Origin: a virus
Taxonomy: Duplodnaviria; Caudoviricetes
Virus record (IMG/VR): IMGVR_UViG_3300033076_000575
Location: 1 to 39,579 of that record
Reading direction: 5' to 3' (one strand)
Length of the DNA stretch: 39,579 nucleotides
The position numbers and the translations under genes are program-made. Below, piece after piece: positions 36,501-39,579 of the stretch. Below the pieces are notes generated by a model. It saw only the letters and a program-made list of their open reading frames with translations. It was not told where the DNA came from and made no database searches. Positions within the stretch are counted from its first letter, which is position 1; the number at the start of each line of letters is the position of its first letter.

Positions 36501-36618
36501 CTTCTACTGACGGGATGTTATTCCCGTTCTCAGAGTATGCAGTCATTGCATCTCCTTCTCCCAGCGCTGCGACTAGCGCCTTCCATTCAGGACTGTTAGG
36601 GTTTGGACAAGTATTCAT
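30544..36618 (-). CDS. large virion cargo/ejection protein with N-terminal PD-(D/E)XK nuclease domain
   Basis: FGTFMH, LPEITV, GRLDLML, IFDFKT and QLKVY nuclease motifs. Long helical body and a C-terminal hydrophobic helix followed by DDDDEE. Directly downstream of the RNAP-like gene. Confidence 0.7.
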   Translation of the reverse strand: MNTCPNPNSPEWKALVAALGEGDAMTAYSENGNNIPSVEEAKNILSTMKVLEKDEQLSRSSDAFKLQRAREQMTNLDTMLFRAKPKQKATLEALKAMNLRYQEFLRNNIKLMSEGKPTIKTVSVSNLIGSSEFKGDPKEYEAFKLFGTFMHEALELGQVEALRSAKNIDQVMTREFFNEKLDEYRKKNPFYIENLDEDVMYDMAMRIAQHVSINNDRGFMILPEITVTGDTKDGTMVVGRLDLMLIDTQGRINIFDFKTKKVTRMMEQDPATGQPVPNEDIVFVDLAEKRFPVDPKKGTADAFKGDQRTTYDTWTLQLKVYENILKQNGMDVRDQSILAMLYQTDKEKKFVGHAIHIFDEDNFYNYAAGADVPNNNGFWVTEPTIATKRIEGLREIIDQEIPTPESRARQKEEVKKEVKALDFQPTEEQDDSLKKLLQDAVAQELNNVLGEIRKQKEKNDNPQLLEILTARRETLRRFQDILEKVKGNDPMLTYSTNFSAALDAVYTDFQELRNVVRTAMETFKFDGTSFSSKEGVQVIEAYRRMQALANTAQVLKKIAVDANAISEDPLAPESETRKRLTEIDFAQNEITSNFARITLYDAVQVLKTPGEETFKAITKEGREILETKIKHLEEKMKKLEGSNAPVVRSLKGMALSFIDKNFKRKLAEQYGEEGGLAMTQMEQIQREIDKTRALLEGGLNFSDEALERYISGITDPSSDMYIGNSNVFNPDSMLNSLPLLNRVVASASNAELGISAFTQMLKNAQAKAVLNIQNSFAAQDFDKKRDALLKRMSLEQLNDKISEERTIQTIDRNTGDIIEKSLMYYAKPFSQEYENTWRGFSIARKQLEIAIATAKAERNEKFGTPEGPAAEQKYLDLIKQKQDKNQEYIQWMLDNCQLPYDERFYKLQLGMPEEIRDELQLKYLEMETITYQVGKGNEVLLSEEDFERLKEIEDEIRVLRKKAKELNPDYARYIDQMNELYEFDTNFAFYERMRNNAKDRFQVEFPDKWEQWKRDNEVVRPTKRPELPENLERGQNVFYNGNLYFVLEDRGASVKIAPLYNEEGAEEQVVLRKDLQSLSWYEELNQLYEERAMFFGSDPEISELMEERRSILAPHKDGGRLQPQFLNDEEIRRLDEIEAELEELMGQGENPKPRPKLDFSPDEIEAIKRISQELNKLKKKEISQAYLDTFNSKHKALQRAYREMIDAQSAAAKAETTGDQKAIDEAVAAEQFATAAFATYEKEFAEWYNKFHNNKYKSILTGWNPASEKDPKLFNYENVPSDAVRDQYMETVPHPKYKIKRLKESAYNPEFQKSPDGIPMPKAIITNSQGHYVIRPGFETSPNVNQKYKEMMKDAEVFSFYNDMMGMFFDLQKKVEGRKLGYQMPGIAASAMENIARKGLNGAIKGEWEKFLDQSVRREGKIDRVENTFGELGGKIRHRFSEQLDPSLQSKDAVGAIIKYATEAHFNIAMQEAAPKADAFIEHLEYIRGNMAKDLKNNQVYQKTDPVTGAKTVVDMNLRLKQLDEVISILKFERRKFVEGATEDPNVANKVLTKRVNAFFAYTSFIRIGFDVANQAKNYVSGNVQAFIAAGGLASDQYTRADYMWAKKKIYGPNGFLSNYFKDWGRLSDVSDTTMLYRFFNPAQKDFLQYTQEIAGGKKRQAASKMTSIQELGFMLQDKGDTEIALTVMYSVMNHRRFRVFEIDTNGDKVYKKDDKGNDVTVPVHEIYYKNTKGELARRADVEYTEDDENRIRNIIYSEMRRAQGNYAKSDMTAFEQTIFGKMVFFFRKYLIPQLVNRFGYMRPNWEAAEVAMGYWRAVAQAVKYYGPGQVAQHMLMGSKMMSKFNKNQMGDFYTRKVSQARRDAIAMAVLTMMGMMALAYVRGKDDDDEELGVLEGNAIRILWGVKGETTSMFPVGGGSQEYIRNFTTAVPLVREFTAAQKLLSHSWNYTLAMAMNGGDEPDPGYDSEYYQDIWKDAFYARKSGAYEKGDAKIVKDLVDLTGIKNFRDLLDPNNRIDQLKRNQ

Positions 36619-36621
36619 AGG

Positions 36622-39579
36622 TTAAAGGCACTTGATTTTTTCTATTATTTCTTCATTGGTTTTGGTTGCACGTAAGTTTGCTACCATGTCAGCAGCTGCC
36701 TGTGCAAAGGCTTTTTTATCCAGACGCTTGGATCCCTGCTCGTACAAGTAACGCAATACTTCTGGCGTAAGGTTTAGATTCTGCAGGTCTGTATCAAGTT
36801 GTGATTCAGTCCCACCCATGAGTGCTTTGAGGATATCAGATCCATCCTGTGCGCCATCTGCTTCTGTTACAGGAGCTGGAGCTGCAGGTTTTACTTCAGG
36901 AGCTTTTACAGGTTCTGCTTTTACTTCAATACGTTGCTTTCCTGTAACGTAGTCCATGTACTTCTTAGCTTCTGCAGTAGTGTAAGCAAGTGGGCTGATC
37001 GTTCCTGAACTAAGTGTTTTTGGAAGAGCTACGTAACGTGCTTTAAATCCAATAGTGTCAAAGTTTCCTCTTTCCACCATTCTATCTACCACGTTCCATT
37101 TTTGACCATAAACATCAGCAACATCACTCAAGTAGTAGTACTGTCCATCCACCATAAGAAGCACCGGCCATGCGTACATGTTTTCATCCACATAGCTTGC
37201 ACCAAAGGAATAGCTAATACCTTTCATTACTTCCTGATTTGCTTCTTTGATGTCAGCAGGAACTGACAAGTCAAATACTAACTGGCCACGGATAGCTTTG
37301 CCATCTTCAGTCACAGATGTATAGGAGTATTGCTTACCCATACCTTTAGGAGCAATACCAGTAACTTTGGTCATGAGCTGAGTCATGACATTACGTTTTT
37401 CAGAAGCAGTAACTTTCTCATCCCAGTTCATGCTGTTAGAGGCAGGGCCATCTTCAAACTTCACGGATCCTGCTCTTCGTACATTACCACCTTTAACATC
37501 ATTGACACCAGCATAAGCCATCTGGCGGAACAATTCCTTAAAGAACTCGTACACCTGCTCATTGTTAGTGCCAGCGTTCAAGTACTGGGCAAAACCTTTC
37601 ATGAGCTGCATTCTGTCTCCTTCTGAGCTAGAAATAATTTCTGAGAACTCTTTGATATAAGAACTAAGTGGTAGCTGCATGTCTGGCGAAAGATTGCGCA
37701 GGAATGAACCTTTTTTAAATTGAAGACCAGTCTTCACTAGTTCGTGATAGAATAGTTTCTTCATGAAGAGGTTCTCATAAGCCATCAGCTTGTAAGCGTC
37801 ATCGTTCACATTTCTTAGGAAGTCTGCGCTTAGTTTGCCTTGTCCAATAATGCGAATAGACTTTTCAGGAAGAACTGATCCATCTGTTGTATAAGCTTTG
37901 TTATCTGATTTCTCAGTACGTAGCATTTGCAGGAACTTGTTGTTAGGATATTTTTCCTGCATAGCTTTAAGTTCCTCGTCCAGGTTATTGGTAAACCAGT
38001 ATTCAGCAGTAAATGCCTGGCGAAGATTTGCATCATCCTGATCTATAATTGCCTGAACGCCTGCAGTTTGTGAATTGCGACTACCAGGGAAAGCTTGCTG
38101 ATATTTCTGTAACGCTACATAGCTGGTGATGATCTGGGCTACAGACTTAGGATCGTTGAACAAACGTCCAAATGCATTTTTAAGTGGGCGGAAGAATTTG
38201 TTTCTTTCCAGGAAGATCTTGCTGGATTGCTCATCCAAATCTTTTACAGCCTCCTGCATAAGTGGCCATATCTGACCTTCACCAAAAATCTTGTCAACGC
38301 TTTCTTGTGTAAAGATGCTGCCTGCTGAAAGCTCCTGAATGTTATCCATTAACTTGTCAAAAGCTACAAAACTTGGGTTGAGCTTCTTAAACAAGTTCAG
38401 GATAGATCCTGCACGCTGTATAGCCCATGATTGTTGTGCTTGTTGCTGATACATGGCAAGTAATACCATAGCAGCTTCCGCATCAGTAAGCTTGTCTGTT
38501 GCTCCTGTCGCCTTATCAGTAATGACACGGATGTCATATCCTATATCAGAAGGAGTAAGCGTATTGCTATTAAGGCGTCCCTCATCAAGAATCTTTGGTG
38601 TAAAGTTGATCACCAGTTTGTCCGTAAACATTACTTTGTTCAAACGGCTCTTTTCGCTAATGACATCTTTTTCTTTCAAAGAGTCAATCACCTTGTTATC
38701 TTTTTCAAGCTTGCGCATCTGCACCCTTAAAGCCTCTGTAAAGAACATGGCGTTTCTGCTTACTGTTTGAGAGATGGCAAACTGGGTAGCTTGTACATCA
38801 GCAATGGCATTCTTAACGCCTGGTAAGAAGTTTAATCCAAGGGCAAACTCAGGCGTAAGTCCAATACCAATCATTGACAGTGTCACACCGCTGTTTACCT
38901 CAGTCATGTTCAAGGCTGCAGGAATAGGATCTTTGGCACCATCAGCAAACATCCCCAGGATATTACCAATGAGCTCAATAGTACGCTTACCTTCCTCATT
39001 GAGAGCACCAAACTTGGTGTAGCTCTTTTGGGCAAGGGTGTTCTTTTCACCATCGTTGGTCACTGTGTTGAATTTCCAGATCACATTGTCTGCTGAAAGC
39101 TCAAGTCCGTATTGGGAAGCCAAAGCCAGAAACTTGTTCTGGTTGGCCGTAATACCAATACCATCTTTGCTGGTAGAGTTGTCTGCTTTAGAAGCAATGA
39201 TACCATCAATGGTGTAGTGGTTAAATGGACTGGTGTGCTCCTTAATACTCTTACCTCTGAAAGTTTTATAGATCTGTTTGAAGCGTTCAGTAGAAGAACG
39301 CTCGTTGATGTAAAGGTGATTGAACACTGCCTCGTTAGAAAGGATTCCTAACTTAGAGGTAAGGTTAGCGTTTTGGAATGCAGGACGTACTGACTTGGCA
39401 TATGCCGGGTTAGCATTGAAAGCAGTCAGAGTTACAGGAAGTCCATACTCAGCAAGTACCTGGAGTGCAGCTTCTGCTTTTAATGCAGCAAAAGTGAAAC
39501 TTTTGGCACGGCTCATCTTTTTACCGTACTCATTACGCTCTGCACGTTTTTGAGCAAGCTCTTGGTTATATTCTGCCAC
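36622..39579 (-). CDS. probable crAss-like virion RNA polymerase, C-terminal part (5' end outside the window)
   Basis: DGIGITANQ and MFADGAKDPIPAALN resemble conserved post-catalytic motifs of crAss-like two-barrel RNAPs. The ORF is open to the window edge and the catalytic DxDxD is not visible. Confidence 0.65.
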   Translation of the reverse strand: MAEYNQELAQKRAERNEYGKKMSRAKSFTFAALKAEAALQVLAEYGLPVTLTAFNANPAYAKSVRPAFQNANLTSKLGILSNEAVFNHLYINERSSTERFKQIYKTFRGKSIKEHTSPFNHYTIDGIIASKADNSTSKDGIGITANQNKFLALASQYGLELSADNVIWKFNTVTNDGEKNTLAQKSYTKFGALNEEGKRTIELIGNILGMFADGAKDPIPAALNMTEVNSGVTLSMIGIGLTPEFALGLNFLPGVKNAIADVQATQFAISQTVSRNAMFFTEALRVQMRKLEKDNKVIDSLKEKDVISEKSRLNKVMFTDKLVINFTPKILDEGRLNSNTLTPSDIGYDIRVITDKATGATDKLTDAEAAMVLLAMYQQQAQQSWAIQRAGSILNLFKKLNPSFVAFDKLMDNIQELSAGSIFTQESVDKIFGEGQIWPLMQEAVKDLDEQSSKIFLERNKFFRPLKNAFGRLFNDPKSVAQIITSYVALQKYQQAFPGSRNSQTAGVQAIIDQDDANLRQAFTAEYWFTNNLDEELKAMQEKYPNNKFLQMLRTEKSDNKAYTTDGSVLPEKSIRIIGQGKLSADFLRNVNDDAYKLMAYENLFMKKLFYHELVKTGLQFKKGSFLRNLSPDMQLPLSSYIKEFSEIISSSEGDRMQLMKGFAQYLNAGTNNEQVYEFFKELFRQMAYAGVNDVKGGNVRRAGSVKFEDGPASNSMNWDEKVTASEKRNVMTQLMTKVTGIAPKGMGKQYSYTSVTEDGKAIRGQLVFDLSVPADIKEANQEVMKGISYSFGASYVDENMYAWPVLLMVDGQYYYLSDVADVYGQKWNVVDRMVERGNFDTIGFKARYVALPKTLSSGTISPLAYTTAEAKKYMDYVTGKQRIEVKAEPVKAPEVKPAAPAPVTEADGAQDGSDILKALMGGTESQLDTDLQNLNLTPEVLRYLYEQGSKRLDKKAFAQAAADMVANLRATKTNEEIIEKIKCL

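Noticed and set aside
1-39579. Stop-codon reassignment, as found in some crAss-like phages
   Set aside because: Long genes are uninterrupted under the standard code, and TAG and TGA both act as real stops at sensible gene ends (e.g. 2804, 4311, 10285, 14044).
39577-39579. Start codon of the 985-aa ORF
   Set aside because: This is a GTG at the window edge. The gene very likely begins upstream of the window.

Overview
This window is part of the genome of a crAss-like (Crassvirales-type) podophage that probably infects Bacteroidota. The host inference rests on A-rich start regions without Shine-Dalgarno sequences, TAnnTTTG promoters and a Flavobacterium-type RNR. The standard genetic code is used. 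Bases 1-14.9 kb (+) form a replication and recombination block: HNH fragment, GIY-YIG/NUMOD1 homing endonuclease, DUF2829/Tad2-like anti-defence protein, SF2 helicase, UDG, DnaB-like helicase, AAA ATPase, SSB, primase, GIY-YIG nuclease, PD-(D/E)XK exonuclease, family B DNA polymerase, DUF932 and dNMP kinase. Bases 15.0-16.8 kb (-) are a lysis cassette. Bases 17.2-21.6 kb (+) cover nucleotide metabolism (class Id-like RNR beta and alpha, ThyX). Bases 21.7-39.6 kb (-) are virion genes: a beta-propeller/TPR/FkbM fusion, small fibre-associated genes, a 1736-aa collagen-like fibre, a 2024-aa ejection-type protein with a nuclease domain and the C-terminal part of a probable virion RNA polymerase. 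The strongest leads are (i) a candidate fibre glycosylation/methylation module, pairing a proline-poor, Thr-rich collagen of two ~110-triplet arms with the propeller-TPR-methyltransferase gene, (ii) a recurring GTTCTACAA box at several promoters, suggesting a phage regulon, (iii) a phage class Id Mn-type RNR with a terminator in its leader, and (iv) a Tad2-like sponge. All family assignments come from motif recognition by eye; no database searches were run.
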